Below, piece by piece: positions 11,964 to 24,354 of a DNA stretch of 64,000 nt. The stretch comes from Podarcis gaigeae (lineage: Eukaryota): NCBI GenBank assembly GCA_964106915.2, contig OZ066916.1; one strand, given 5' to 3'. Positions within the stretch are counted from its first letter, which is position 1. The number at the start of each line of letters is the position of its first letter. A program made the position numbers and the translations under genes. The notes beneath the pieces were generated by a model. That model searched no databases. It saw only the letters and a program-made list of their open reading frames with translations, and was not told where the DNA came from.

Positions 11964-12099
11964 CAGTGTTTCCCAACCTTGTGCCTCCAGATGTTTTTGG
12001 CCTACAACTCCCATCATCCCTGACCACTGGTCTTGCTAGCTAGGGATGATGGGAGTTGTAGGCCAAAAACATCTGGAGGCACAAGGTTGGGAAACACTG
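11964..12099. mobile_element. 136-bp hAT MITE, identical to 454-589
   Basis: Same sequence by eye; perfect 8-bp TSD ctctagat. Confidence 0.93.
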
Positions 12100-12523
12100 C
12101 TCTAGATAAGGCTATGTGAATCAGCAGCCATAAAGCAGCTGTTGCCAATTTCACATTGCAAAATCGGTGTCAAGGGGTTCTATGCATTTTCATTCAAGGA
12201 ATGTAACAAACGGTTATGGAATATTATAACATACCTTAAGGTGGTAAGATCCAGTCTCATATGCTTTCACATAATCATCTCCTCTTTAAGGTTGCTTGAT
12301 CCAAGTTTCAGAAACAAGCAAGCAATTCTTTGCAGCACTGTTCTCAAAACACACACACACAATATTATATATATATATGTTCACTTAGAATACTTGTACC
12401 CAAAAATTCTCCAAATAAAAATCACTCTCGTCTCTGGTACAGGAATGGAAATTGCATGATATCTGCATGGAACCCAGAATTATTCCTACAGTGAGGTGTA
12501 TCTGACAAAGTCATACTCAGAGT

Positions 12524-12779
12524 AGAATCAAGAATCATGGAATCATAGAATTGTAGAGTTGGAAGGGACCCTGAGGTTCATCTAACCCAACCCCCTGCAA
12601 TGCAGGAATCTCAACTAAAGTATCCATGACTGATGGCCACCCAACTTTTGCTTTAAAATGTAGGAGAGTCCAGTGCAGGGAGTCCATTGCACTATCAAAC
12701 AACTTTTACAGTTAAAAAGTTCTTCCTAATGTTTAGTTGGAGTGTCTCTTCTTGTAACTTGAAGACATTGGTTCAGGTC
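12524..12779 (-). mobile_element. CR1 LINE 3' fragment
   Basis: (agaatcat)n tail, gagttggaagggaccc terminal motif and aagttcttcctaatgtttag of the ORF2 end. Confidence 0.85.
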
Positions 12780-15368
12780 ATTTTGAATCTTCCCAGCAGA
12801 TGATGACTCTGAGCATACCACAGGCCAGAAATGGCTAAGGCTAACCTCCATTTATCCCCCAGACAATTTTAAATTATTTTTATTGTGTATTTGATTTTTC
12901 TTGTATGCTGTTTTATGGGCCTTTCACCAAAAAGCAACATGAAAGAAACACATTAACATTCTCATTTCCAAGAACCTGTTTGTGCAAAATGAAATGAAAC
13001 ATCAACATAGTTATATAGATTTTCGTGTTTATATGGATTTTGGCTACAGTATTTACATCTATATTTTTGACAGAATGTAAAACAAATAACAAAAACTGAG
13101 CTCCATCTCTCAAGCAAGCTGATCCCTCTTACCATATTCCTCAAAATAGCTGAGCCATTACACCAAGAGTCCCTAGCCTTTTGGATTCTGGGAACGCATT
13201 TGAAAATCTAAGAAACTGTTGTTGGCACGACAAATAATCTGGTGATGAGCAAAACTACCAACACTACCACAACAAAGGAATGCTCCATAGGCCTACACAC
13301 ATTGCAAAACAAATGAAATGGAGAAAGCAGCAGGCAACAGCTTCCCTTGAAATTGGCAAAACACCTCTCAACCAAACAAAATAACAAGGATGCAAAACAC
13401 ACACAGGCACCAAATAAACAGGAAAACCAAAAACACACAAGGAAACAAATCAGATAAAACGCCCCCACTTGAGACCCTGAGGCATTTTGAGGAGAAGGAG
13501 ATAAGAGGACAGAGTGACTGCAAGCCTGCAGTTCCCTGTCCAGCCAGCTCAATACTATCCAAAGTTAATAAAAATAGTGAAGCACCCTGCAATTTTAAAA
13601 ATAAAAAATGGAAGGAGCAGCAGGGCCTTGCAACAGACCAAGGGGGTGTCTGAGGCTGCCATGGTGCCCACATCCATCACATTAGGGACCCCAGGACTCA
13701 AGTTGGTCACTCTATTTTTTTTATCTGTTGCTTATTCCAATAGTAAATTCCATTTTATAGGATGAGTTGTTTGGTACATGTAAGCTTTCACAGGCAGATG
13801 GTGTGAGGGGGTGGGGTGAGTAATAAGATTTTTCTCTTCATTTTATAAAAATCCAGAGTGACAGCCAATATTACATGAGCAGACTTCACTTGCACATAAA
13901 GACTCCTCCTTCCTCTCCTTTGCCCCAATCCTCCTGCCCCATATCTAATCTGCAGATTCTGAAAACCCTCCTGAGAAGATTGGGGGGGGCATATGTAGAG
14001 CTGCAGCAGGGAGCGGGATCCATTCTGCCAATGGAGTCTGTTCTGCTGTTGGACAGACACCCATGGATTTCATCTGCAGCAACTTCCGCCAGTCAATGAA
14101 AACCGTTCCACTACATATTACTTTTTGCATTTAATACACTTAATAAAGTAATGCATCACTCTCTTAATCAAAGAAGAAAAAACATACACAAAGAAGCTTA
14201 CTACAGTGAAATAGTGTGATTATAAAATATTGTATAAGTAATAAAACATATCCGTAAAATAATAAAAACATTATTGAGTGACTCACTCTCAGATCTATTT
14301 CACAGGGATACTGCAAATTATAAAACAGGGAGAGGGAGAACCACACAGGCCACCTTTAGCTCCTTGGATATAAATGTAAACATAAAGTTAAAATAATCAT
14401 TACAGTAGGAGACTAATTAAAAACTGGCATCACTGCTGGTGCCTGCCATATTTCAGAGGTAACCTGGTCTGGAGCTGTTAGGACTTCAGATGTTAATAGC
14501 AGGACCTTAAGCCTAGCTTGATAGCTAACTGGCAGCCAGCCTGTACTTAGATGGCACTGAAACTGTTAGGGTGGATGAAAGGCTGGAAATAGCCAGGCAA
14601 TTCAGTTGTTATAATTTATGAGGCAAGAAAACTGAACCAGTTGTTCGATGTTGTGATACAGTGTGTTGTACAAACAAACATATACTGTACACACATATAT
14701 TAACCTTAATGCTTGTGTACTGTGTTTTATTAAAATGTTGTTTTTCAAGCCTGAAATAATACTTTCATTAAATTCCATACATTTCAAACCCTGTATCCAG
14801 ACCAGCCTCTGGCAAAAATTTAGAGTAAGCTAAGTAGGAGCTTATTCTATCTTGTTTTAAAGCTCCTTCAACCTTTCAGCCAATGTCGTAGTGCACATTG
14901 ACTGAGCCATCTTAGTGTGTGGTCATTTTCCAACTTCGTTCACCTCTTAATTAATTAGAGGAATGCACACACTGCCCTGGCAATTTGTCTTTCTCTTGCA
15001 TTCTGACCGAATAAATGATCATGAGCATTTTGGTCTTCTTAAAGGTCTGAATAGAGGGATCTCACCTTGTGTGTCCTACACTAGCACGTGCTTGTTTACT
15101 TCGGTGTTATCAAGTGACATTTATCTCTGGACACTGGGGGGGCCTTAAAAAAAAAGACTTAAATGAAAGAACTAGGTCTTGCATGAAATGAAACTTCCCT
15201 CCCCCAAATAACATTATTTTTTTACCTAAAAAATGTAAAACAATGTATGATTCAAATAGAGCTTTGTAAATTCTGAATAAGTCTACCTGCTATTTTATTT
15301 TCTTGCATGACATCATATTTAAAAAGCTAAATTTCAGTTGCGACTTTTTTTGGTGACAAAAAATTCAA

Positions 15369-15508
15369 NNNNNNNNNNNNNNNNNNNNNNNNNNNNNNNN
15401 NNNNNNNNNNNNNNNNNNNNNNNNNNNNNNNNNNNNNNNNNNNNNNNNNNNNNNNNNNNNNNNNNNNNNNNNNNNNNNNNNNNNNNNNNNNNNNNNNNNN
15501 NNNNNNNN
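15369..15508. other. 140-nt N gap; probable location of the ADGRB3 ICL3 cassette exon
   Basis: Run of 140 N about 350 nt upstream of the next exon. The expected QMSEPH...SNAM exon was not found elsewhere in this intron. Confidence 0.6.
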
Positions 15509-15862
15509 TAGTCCTAATCATTTACATCTTCTTGTTACAAATCTTATACAGTGCATGTGGGGGGCGGGGATACTACAGTGATGAAAAACTATGATAACTA
15601 ATGCTGAATATAGTTAATTTAAAGGAAAAGAAATGGCAACCACACTTTTTAATTCAACTGGAGTAACATGTAGAAAATAAAATATCAATCTTTATAGATC
15701 TCTAAATATTTGTCATTGGTCTTCACATTAACTAACAAGTTGCCACCCTTAAATATGTTATCTATACATTTGCATATATATATGTGAAGAGAGGGTTGTA
15801 TTGTCCACTCATGGTTCTACAGCGTCACTGTTGTTGCTCTTTTCCCCTTTGTCACTTTCTAG

Positions 15863-16034
15863 GGCATCCCTTTGGAGTTCCTGTGTTGTGTTGCCTCTCC
15901 TGGCTCTGACTTGGATGTCTGCAGTTCTGGCGATGACTGACAAGAGATCGATATTATTTCAGATACTCTTTGCTGTGTTTGATTCATTGCAGGGCTTCGT
16001 CATTGTCATGGTCCACTGCATTCTCCGAAGGGAG
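15863..16034 (+). CDS. ADGRB3: ADGRB3 coding exon (TM6-TM7): [57 protein letters not shown]
   Basis: actttctag acceptor, gtaagg donor; 172 nt; overlaps track ORF 15801..16079; SLQG motif of family-B TM7. Confidence 0.97.
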
Positions 16035-17121
16035 GTAAGGAAATCACTTCCCGATGGCATTTGTCATGTGCTGCTGTGAAATTTTACAGCAATACCAAAT
16101 GCTCCACAGAAATTCAGTTGTATATCAAGGAAAAATCTGGGATCAAAAGCAGGGCAATTGAGCAATGTTCTTTTGTGACAAACAGATATGACAGCCTATT
16201 GAGGGAAAAAAGCCACCTTGCATTGTTACAAAGAACCAGTGGACTGAATGAAAAGTCAAAGTGGAGATTGGGCAGAGCTAAAGTCAAGAGAAACCTGATT
16301 GATTTCAGATGCAAATGTAGCAAAAAAAAAGGGGGGGGAGCCCAATAGCCCAACAAATTAAAGGTTTCCTTTTCTGCCTTTTTCTATCTCCAAGAGGTCT
16401 TCTGTGACTCTGACATTTACAACCTTCTGGTATTTCAACCAACAATAGCAAATGGCTTCAGAATCTGGATCAGACCATTTGGTAATCACAAGATCCTTCC
16501 CCACTTGAGTTCCTTCCAGCTCCCATATAACATGCATCTGTACCGCTTGTGCAGAGCAGAATCATTGAGCATGAGCCATCTGAAATCCGGGATCCTCGTA
16601 ATGGATCTGTCCCGGAAACCTTATGTGATTAAACCAATGCTAATAAAATATTACACTGAAAGGCTTACCTAAGGGTTTGACTCACCATCAAAGATGGTTA
16701 TCTAAAGAAACATGGATTTCATAATGCATTTTTAAACTGTAGACTGGAAAATAGTCCATTTCCTCTCATTCTCGGCACAGACATTTTAGTACATGGAAAC
16801 AGAGAAACATATATAGGTGTGGTAAATAAATGAACTGGCAACTTCAGTTTCTATAAAAAGTTTCAAATGATATCAGTGCCGACATGAAAGCAGCTGTAGT
16901 TGGAGTTTTTTATATGTCTTAGAATGTGTCTTACTAAATCTCATCACGCTGTCCAGAAGAATTCCCCGTAATTACTTGAGTCTGCTTCAAGGGATGCTCT
17001 AGGACTGGAAAAAACCCAGGGAGGCTTCAGATACAATTTGAAGCTTCTCACAATGTTGATTTCAAAATGTTGCACAGTAAACCCACAAAATGAAGACAAG
17101 CACCACCAACCAAGTCCATTA

Positions 17122-17339
17122 CAGTGGTACCTTGGGTTACAGATGCTTCAGGTTACAGACTCCTCTAACCCAGAAACAGACCTCGGGTTAAGAACTTTGC
17201 TTCAGGATGAGAATAGAAATCATGCGGCGGAGCTGCGGCGGCAGCAGGAGGCCCCATTAGCTAAAGTGGTACCTCAGATTAAGACAGGTTAAGAATGGAC
17301 CTTCAGAACAAATTAAGTTCTTAACCCAGGGCACCTCTG
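17122..17339. mobile_element. Tigger-like MITE
   Basis: ta|cagtggtaccttgggtta ... taacccagggcacctctg imperfect TIRs. Confidence 0.8.
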
Positions 17340-17340
17340 C

Positions 17341-17394
17341 TTCTTCTTCTTCTTCTTCTTCTTCTTCTTCTTCTTCTTCTTCTTCTTCTTCTTC
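17341..17394. repeat. (TTC)18 microsatellite
   Basis: Seen directly. Confidence 0.98.
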
Positions 17395-17925
17395 ATTTGT
17401 AGACCCATTGTAGACCCATCCGACTGGGTTGCCCCAGCCACTTTGGGCAGCTTCCAGAATATATAAAAACACAGTAAAACATTAAACCTTAAAAAATCCT
17501 CAGATGCTTCATAAATGTTATATAATTACTCATCTCCCTGACATATGATGGGAGGGTATTCCACAGGGTGGGCGCAACTACCGAGAAGGCCTTCTGCCTG
17601 GTTCCCTCTAGCTTCACTTCTCACAGCGTGGAAACCACCAGAAGGCCCTCGGTGCTGAATGATGGGGGTGGAGACACTCCTTCAGGGGTACTAGGCCTAG
17701 GCTGTATAAAGCTTTAAAGGTCAGCACCAACACTTTGAACTGTGCTCGGAAATGTACTGGGAGTCAATGTAGGTCTTTCAATACCGGTGTTATATGGTCT
17801 CGGCGGCCGCTCCCAGTCACCAGTCTAGCCGCTGCATTCTGGATTAATTATACTTTCTGAGTCACCTTCAAAGGTAAAATGCACTGCAGTAGTCCAAGCA
17901 GGAAATAACCAGTGCATGTGCCACC
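17395..17925 (-). mobile_element. L2/CR1-clade LINE 3' fragment
   Basis: Reverse-complement homologue of the 57293-57623 element; its 3' end abuts the (TTC)18 tract. Confidence 0.8.
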
Positions 17926-18118
17926 GACATCTGGAGGGCTGGGAGTCCCCCACACCTGATGTAAATGATAGCATGGCTACTATCTCAAGTAGGCAGAAGT
18001 AGACATTATTCATATTTCAGTACAAGTGTAAAATGATCACAAGTCATGAATCCTTAATTACCAGGTTTTGAATTCAGCAATTTGTTAAACATGTTTTATT
18101 GAGATAGGTGATAGATAT

Positions 18119-18120
<2 letters not shown>

Positions 18121-18148
<28 letters not shown>
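18121..18148. repeat. (TG)14 microsatellite
   Basis: Seen directly. Confidence 0.97.
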
Positions 18149-18150
<2 letters not shown>

Positions 18151-18412
18151 TGTGTTCAGATCCTAATTTGAATTATGTCAAAACCTAAAGATTGGCAATA
18201 AAGTGAGGGGAAAAAAACTTATTTATTTTCTCCTTTTCCTGTGTTCTTAATTATTGGGATATATATCTGTATCTGTATCTTTTTAACCCATGCCTAGCAT
18301 TTAAAGCTATACTACCACCCCATATCTAAACTGCAGAGACTAAAAATAAAAAATAAAAATAGAGGACACGTGAGGAGAGAGGGCAAGTTATAAGAGCTTT
18401 GAATTGGTTACT

Positions 18413-18426
18413 GTTGCTAAGGAAAC
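18413..18426. promoter_or_regulatory. RFX X-box-like motif GTTGCTAAGGAAAC
   Basis: Close match to the 14-bp RFX palindrome GTTGCCATGGCAAC, in repeat-free intronic DNA. Confidence 0.45.
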
Positions 18427-19068
18427 CACTTCCTTGGTACCCGCACGTTCAGCACATCTGTCTCTCTTGCTGTGTCTGGCTCTGAGAGAAGCTTGCAGCT
18501 TCATGTCAAAGGGTAAGAGAAAAACCTGAAGAAACTGCTTTAAAAGAATATACCTTGAGCACTGAATATCAGAAAAGCCAGAGGAGCTACAGAGAAGAAT
18601 TTAATAGGATCTCATATTCAATTGTTTTGCAGCGTGCTCAAATAATGGAGATCACCCCCAGGATGGTAGCCGTTGTTTGCTTGCTCTTGGCATTCGGCAA
18701 AAGCTAGCAAACAAACAGTACCAGTCTGAAGTGTTCTCCATCTGGCTGGCCTTACAAAGCATGCATTAAATTTATCACTGAGTTTGCAGCGTTGGGGGTG
18801 CTCTTGGGCCTATCAGTGGTTACACGTGCCTTTTGTGTCTCCTGACATCTGAGGTATGGGCAGGGAGGCACACGCTTGTGTGCTGTGCATTAACCCAATG
18901 GTGGTACCATTTTATGTATTTGCTTCAGTCCTGTCAACTGTACTGCATCATCCAAAGATGGCATCCTAAACACTACTCTGTGACAACTGAAGCATTGCTA
19001 TTATTGCTTTTTAATAATTTTGTCTATATTTTAAAGAGGTGTGCTGAATTCTTGGCGTCTTTCACCAG

Positions 19069-19164
19069 GTTCAAGATGCGTTTAGATGCCGTTTAAGAAA
19101 CTGCCAGGATCCAATCAATGCAGATTCTTCAAGTTCATTTCCTAATGGACACGCTCAAATCATG
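19069..19164 (+). CDS. ADGRB3: ADGRB3 coding exon (helix 8/proximal tail): [32 protein letters not shown]
   Basis: tttcaccag acceptor, gttagt donor; 96 nt; phase 0-0. Confidence 0.96.
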
Positions 19165-19532
19165 GTTAGTTTTTATTGCTCCTTGCCTGCTATTTCCAGT
19201 TGGCTCTTGTGGGCAAAATGAACATTTCAATAGTGTACAGCGTTTGGTTGTTAAAGGTGCCCCACAAGCATACGTTTGCCTTCATTATTCCATTTATTTA
19301 ATTATATTTCGTAAATAGAACGCCTTCTCTCTTTTGAAATCCAGCTGGCAGCGGTATTGGTTGGATTTCAGCATCAGCTAAAAAAATATATATCTTTAGC
19401 CATGCTTTTAGTGATGTGGGATATTGATGTATTAGTCACTGACTGGTATATGGAGGAGGAGTTGTAATATATATTCGCTTTATATTGTTCTAATGTTTAT
19501 TGTATCTGTCAGATTATCTTTTTGATATTTGT

Positions 19533-19715
19533 TTATTACATTTATTTCTGACCTTGCCACCAAGGAGCTCAGTGTGGTGTATATAGTTCTCCTCACAACA
19601 ACCCTGTGAGGTAGGTTAGGCTAAGAGTGAGTCACTAACCCAACGTCAGCCCGTGAGCTTCATGGCCGAGTGAGGATTTGAACCCTGGTCTCCCAGGTCC
19701 TTGTCCAACACTCTA
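19533..19715 (-). mobile_element. tRNA-derived CORE/MIR-like SINE
   Basis: cctcacaacaaccctgtgaggtagg core and ggatttgaaccc B-box; related copies at about 27640-27816, 30855-31050 and 62858-63000. Confidence 0.75.
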
Positions 19716-19750
19716 GGTTCTATGTCAATGAAGATGGAATGGGAATAAAG

Positions 19751-19772
19751 ACACACACACACACACACACAC
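19751..19772. repeat. (AC)11 microsatellite
   Basis: Seen directly. Confidence 0.95.
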
Positions 19773-20029
19773 AAATATACAGTACAAAATACACACTTAT
19801 ACATACACTATGAACACCTTTTCTCACTCATATAGTCTAGTTGCCACTTTTCCTGCATGGAATTATAATTTCTGAGATAGAATGCTAGGGTCATGTAGGG
19901 TTAAAAATAGTAATAAAACATAACTATTTGCATAGTGCATTTCAAATGTTCGGAAGTGCTTTGTGTACATTATCGCAGTAATCCTTACAAGAGGCACCTA
20001 AGAAGGGTAAGACGCAACAGAATACGGAG

Positions 20030-20302
20030 CAGACTCTGCTGCTTCAGAGACACAGGGCTGGAACCAATGAGCAGAACTTGCAAGAGAGCAGACTTTGGCT
20101 CGATGATAGGGAAAATATCTAATGGTAAGAGCTGTTTTAAGAGTGGTACAGGCTGCCTTGGGAGATGGTTGCCTCTCCTCCACCGGAGGTGTTTAAGCAG
20201 CGGCTGTAGAGCCATCTGTCAAGGATGCTGTCATTGCAAGATTCCTGCACTGAGAGAGGTGACCTCCAAGGTACCTTCCAACTCTAAAATTATATGATAT
20301 AT
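20030..20302 (+). mobile_element. CR1 LINE 3' fragment
   Basis: ggaggtgtttaagcagcggctg...ccttccaactct terminal region. Confidence 0.75.
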
Positions 20303-21469
20303 GAGTCTATAGAACAATATTATACTTCCCATATTGCAGTCTAGGGGGTGAGAGTGGGTTTCTTAAGGCAAGCTCGTGCCAGAGGTAAAATTGCTAGCTC
20401 AGACTGCTGGCCATTATGCTATACCATAACCGTTTTTGAAATGGTACTGACTTTGGCAGAATTCACTTATCCTTCTATCCTGCCTTTCTCAGAAGCTCGA
20501 TGTGGAATTTGGGAATTACACTGTGATTGATGCAAGGGACTACAAGAAATGAGTATACAGATGGTCTTCTGCATAGTCATCTGAATGGCATATGGCAGAA
20601 AGGAACTTAGTGAATCCCAGCAGCTCCCTTAGAATTCCACACTAATACTAGGGAAATTGCTTTAACTAAGCACTGCATAATAGCCCACTGCATGTACACA
20701 CAGCAAATGCGCAGTAGAACACTTGGAGCACTCTGGAAGGCTCTTCTTGCAAAGAGCAAATTAATGCCCTTGAAAATGTTACAAAACGGTAGCTGTGAAA
20801 TGTTCAGCTGTATATTTATGTGTACAGTGTTAAGTGTGGAAGTGTGTTTTTTTAAATGTGGAAACTCACCAAAGCCACCTGCCTCAACAGAAAGCTTGGA
20901 AGCTTTATAGAGCTGATTCTTTTGGTTATGCAAATATAGGATTGCAGGGAGATATTTAAGTAAGAGTTTTCCTGTGGCATACTCAACAGCAGCATGCCTT
21001 CTTCTGAATTCTTTAATTTGGACTAAAATATTCCTTGATGTATCCCTACACTTGATGTAAATGGAGCCATCAGTCCAAGGGGCTACATTGTAGAAATGAT
21101 GATTAAGTGAAGTTAGCCCATTGTTGAGTTTGAGAACACACTAGCACAGAAAGTACAGGATCCAACGTAGCAGTGTGGCAATCATTCAATCTGTGCAATG
21201 ATTTTTTGCCTGCACAAGAGAACATTTTCCCCCTCTCCCCTGTCCAACATGCCCCTAGATTTGTTATAGGGGTTTCCCTAAACCTCTAGAGCAGTGGTTC
21301 GCAATTAGCTAAGTACTGCAGGCCCTCTGTTTTTCAAATGCCAAACCCTGAACACCCTACTTTGAAAATTTTGATATCTTTATGGTAGCTTTTGTTATAT
21401 GAATGGTGCCACGGATGTTGATGAGTGGCAATGCTTGTCTTAATAAACTTTTATTTGTTATTGTTACAG

Positions 21470-21509
21470 ACAGATTTTGAAAAAGATGTGGACATTGCCT
21501 GTCGATCAG
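21470..21509 (+). CDS. ADGRB3: ADGRB3 coding exon: TDFEKDVDIACRS(V)
   Basis: ttgttacag acceptor, gtaagg donor; 40 nt; TDFEKDVD motif of the BAI family. Confidence 0.95.
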
Positions 21510-23710
21510 GTAAGGCTGTCAGATCACCATGTGAATGTAGGAAGATCAGATAAAAATTTACTTTGTTAGTGTAACTGAAGTGTCAGATATACATTTAGAC
21601 AAGACTTTTTCTACCAAAAAGACCATTTTACCAATATGGAGGTAGGAATTGCTTTCCAGGATATAAATATTTGATGCCATGGCCAGAAATGTATTTTGCT
21701 ATGCACCAGGAATATGACAAAATGTGCAATACAGTGCAGGCACAGCATTCTGAAAATGCAGTCTCTAGTAATCTTCATGTGTGTGGCCAAAGAAGCCAGG
21801 GTACAGGAAGAGGCTAATAAATGTCTAATCCTTATGTGCAACAGGCTTGAGAAACAGCTCCTTGTAAGCTGTTGAGTCTGCACGCACCAGAGCTCTTGCA
21901 TCTGCAAGCATTCACTGGATTGGGGTAATTATATGCAGCCAGACTATCATGTAAGAAGCCTTTGAAAAGCTGCTTGTAATAGGAATAGCAATTAAACAAG
22001 CATACACAACCTTACTATCAGCCCCCCTCCCCAAAAAACATGTTCTCTAAATATACAATTAATACTATACCAGATTAAAGTGCATTTATCATTCTTCTGA
22101 ATTAAATGCAAATTGCCATCAATGAATTCAAAAAAATCTGAATTTTAAATGGTTCAGAGTTTCTTTCTGATTGTGCTGGCTAAAAAAGGGTTCATGATCA
22201 GCAGTTTCCTTTGGCAACTGCAAACAAAATGTTGTTTAAGAGCGCTTACGAACGGGAATGGGATATTCCTCGGTTCTAATCCTGAGCTCTGCTGTGCCAG
22301 CAAAATAGTCATCAGGCTACAGATTTTTTCAGTCAGTGGGTTCATTCCAATTCTAGTCCTACTCAAGAGTAGATCCATTGAAATTAATGGACCTAACTAA
22401 ATCCTTGCATTAATTTAAATGGGTCTACTCTGCATAGAACTAGTACTGGATATGGTAAAATGTCCTAGAATAACACTGGAAACAATGCATTAACACTATT
22501 CACCATGATGCCTGTTTAGAACTGCATTGCCTCATCTGAATATAAACAGTTGTCACAATGCCTTTATCATCCTTCCTTAGTACTTTAATGGTCCTGTGAT
22601 TTTTAGGTGTGGACTTTAAGAACATGAGCACCCAGGTCAGCTCCCTAATGACAGGGGGAATATGGTATTGCTCTCCAGAGCATTCATGATTAGAAACTGA
22701 ACAAGAAAAAGATGCCTTGCAGAAGAAGATAGGGCAGACATGACTGGACTTTGCCTTGAAAAAAATAAGGGATTTAAATTTGTGTGGGTTTTTTAAATAA
22801 AATAAATGAGAGTCTTAATAAGAAGTGGGTGCTTAGAAATAGTGTAATGACCACTTTAACATTTGCTAAAATGTATTTTCTCATTTTCTGTTAAGTACTG
22901 CATTGTTAAGAGATTTGAATTGGCCTCGCCTCTTCCATACGTATCCTTGCTTCAAGGCCAATATTGATTGAAAGTGGAAAGGCAATCACATCTGTCTTAA
23001 TTGAAAAGGCTGTCTTGATGTATATTACCCGGATAGTGTGACATGTGTTATAATATCAGGGCCTGTGTTATCCAAAACAGAAACAAATCTTAAGGGAGAA
23101 ATGAAATGATTTCGCTTCTTCTCACAATGTATCCCCAAATGACAATATTCCTCCTTTATATTTACTGGCATTATTACATTGCTCAAAGCTTTCTCTAAAT
23201 TGGGGGTGGCCAACTCCCAGTTCGAGGGCCTGATTTTTCTGGACCACCAAAACACCACTGATTTTGGCAGTGGCAAAAAGAAAACAAATTCAAGTAGATA
23301 TAGCAATGGGGTGTACAGAACCCAGCACCCTGACAGGGGTGTAAATTGTCCCCTTCACATTCATCAGATTAATACTAATTTGGTTAGCAGAGAAGGGGTG
23401 ATAACTCTCTTCCTCAGCTGAACTGCACAGATCAGCTAAGAAAGGAGGTCCGAGTGCCTGTGTGGGTGTCCTCTGGGTGCATGCGAGCCTGTGTGCAAGA
23501 GCGCAGGGTGGCTACACCCACTTTGGGCCATGTCCCCCACTGGTACACAGCCCATGAGGGTTAGCGTAGGGTGAATGCAGTCCCTGGGCCAAGAAAAAAC
23601 AGCCACTCCTGCCCTAAATTAAATGGTGATGATGACATATTTGCAACCAGAGTGAGAACTCTACCTGCAGGACCTTTTGAAAACTTGTGGCCCTGCTCTC
23701 TCATTCACAG

Positions 23711-24354
23711 TTCTCCATAAGGATATTGGACCCTGCAGAGCAGCTACAATAACAGGAACCCTTTCTAGAATTTCACTGAACGATGACGAAGAGGAGAAAC
23801 CTGCCAACCCTGAAGGAATGAGCTACTCAACGTTGCCTGGGAATATAATTTCTAAAGTTATCATTCAGCAGTCTGGAGGCATGCATATGCCCATGAGCAT
23901 GAGTGAGCTGGCCAATCAGTGTCTGAAAAAAGACAACACAGAGCTGCGGCGGACTGTGTATTTATGTACTGATGACAACCTGAGAGGTGCAGATATGGAC
24001 ATAGTCCACCCTCAGGACCGAATGATGGAGAGTGACTATATAGTCATGCCCAGAGGCTCAGTGAATGCACAGACATCTCTAAAGGATGACAGCAAATTGA
24101 ATCTAGGCATGGAGACCTTGCCTCATGAAAGGCTATTACACTACAAAGTTAATCCTGAGTTTAGTATGAACCCCAATGTAATGGACCAGTTCAGTATGAA
24201 TTTAGATCAACACCTCCCTACCCAGGAACACATGCAGAACTTGCCTTTTGAACCTCGCACAGCAGTAAAGAATTTCATGGCTTCAGAGATGGATGATAGC
24301 ACAGGACTAGCAAGAAGTGAAACCGGATCAACCATATCAATGAGTTCTCTGGAG
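23711..24354 (+). CDS. ADGRB3: ADGRB3 large C-terminal-tail exon: (V)[15 protein letters not shown]...[13 protein letters not shown]
   Basis: cattcacag acceptor, gtcagt donor; 644 nt; lies within track ORF 23677..24375; BAI3-specific tail sequence. Confidence 0.98.

Noticed and set aside
13790-13810. cacag|GCAGATG as the start of the missing ICL3 exon (G-Q-M)
   Set aside because: It continues GTG TGA (stop) with no similarity to [10 protein letters not shown], so it is a chance match.
17257-17472. Poly-Glu protein ORF; likewise poly-Ile and Tyr-Ile ORFs at 46153, 53051 and 925-1633
   Set aside because: These are translations of microsatellites.
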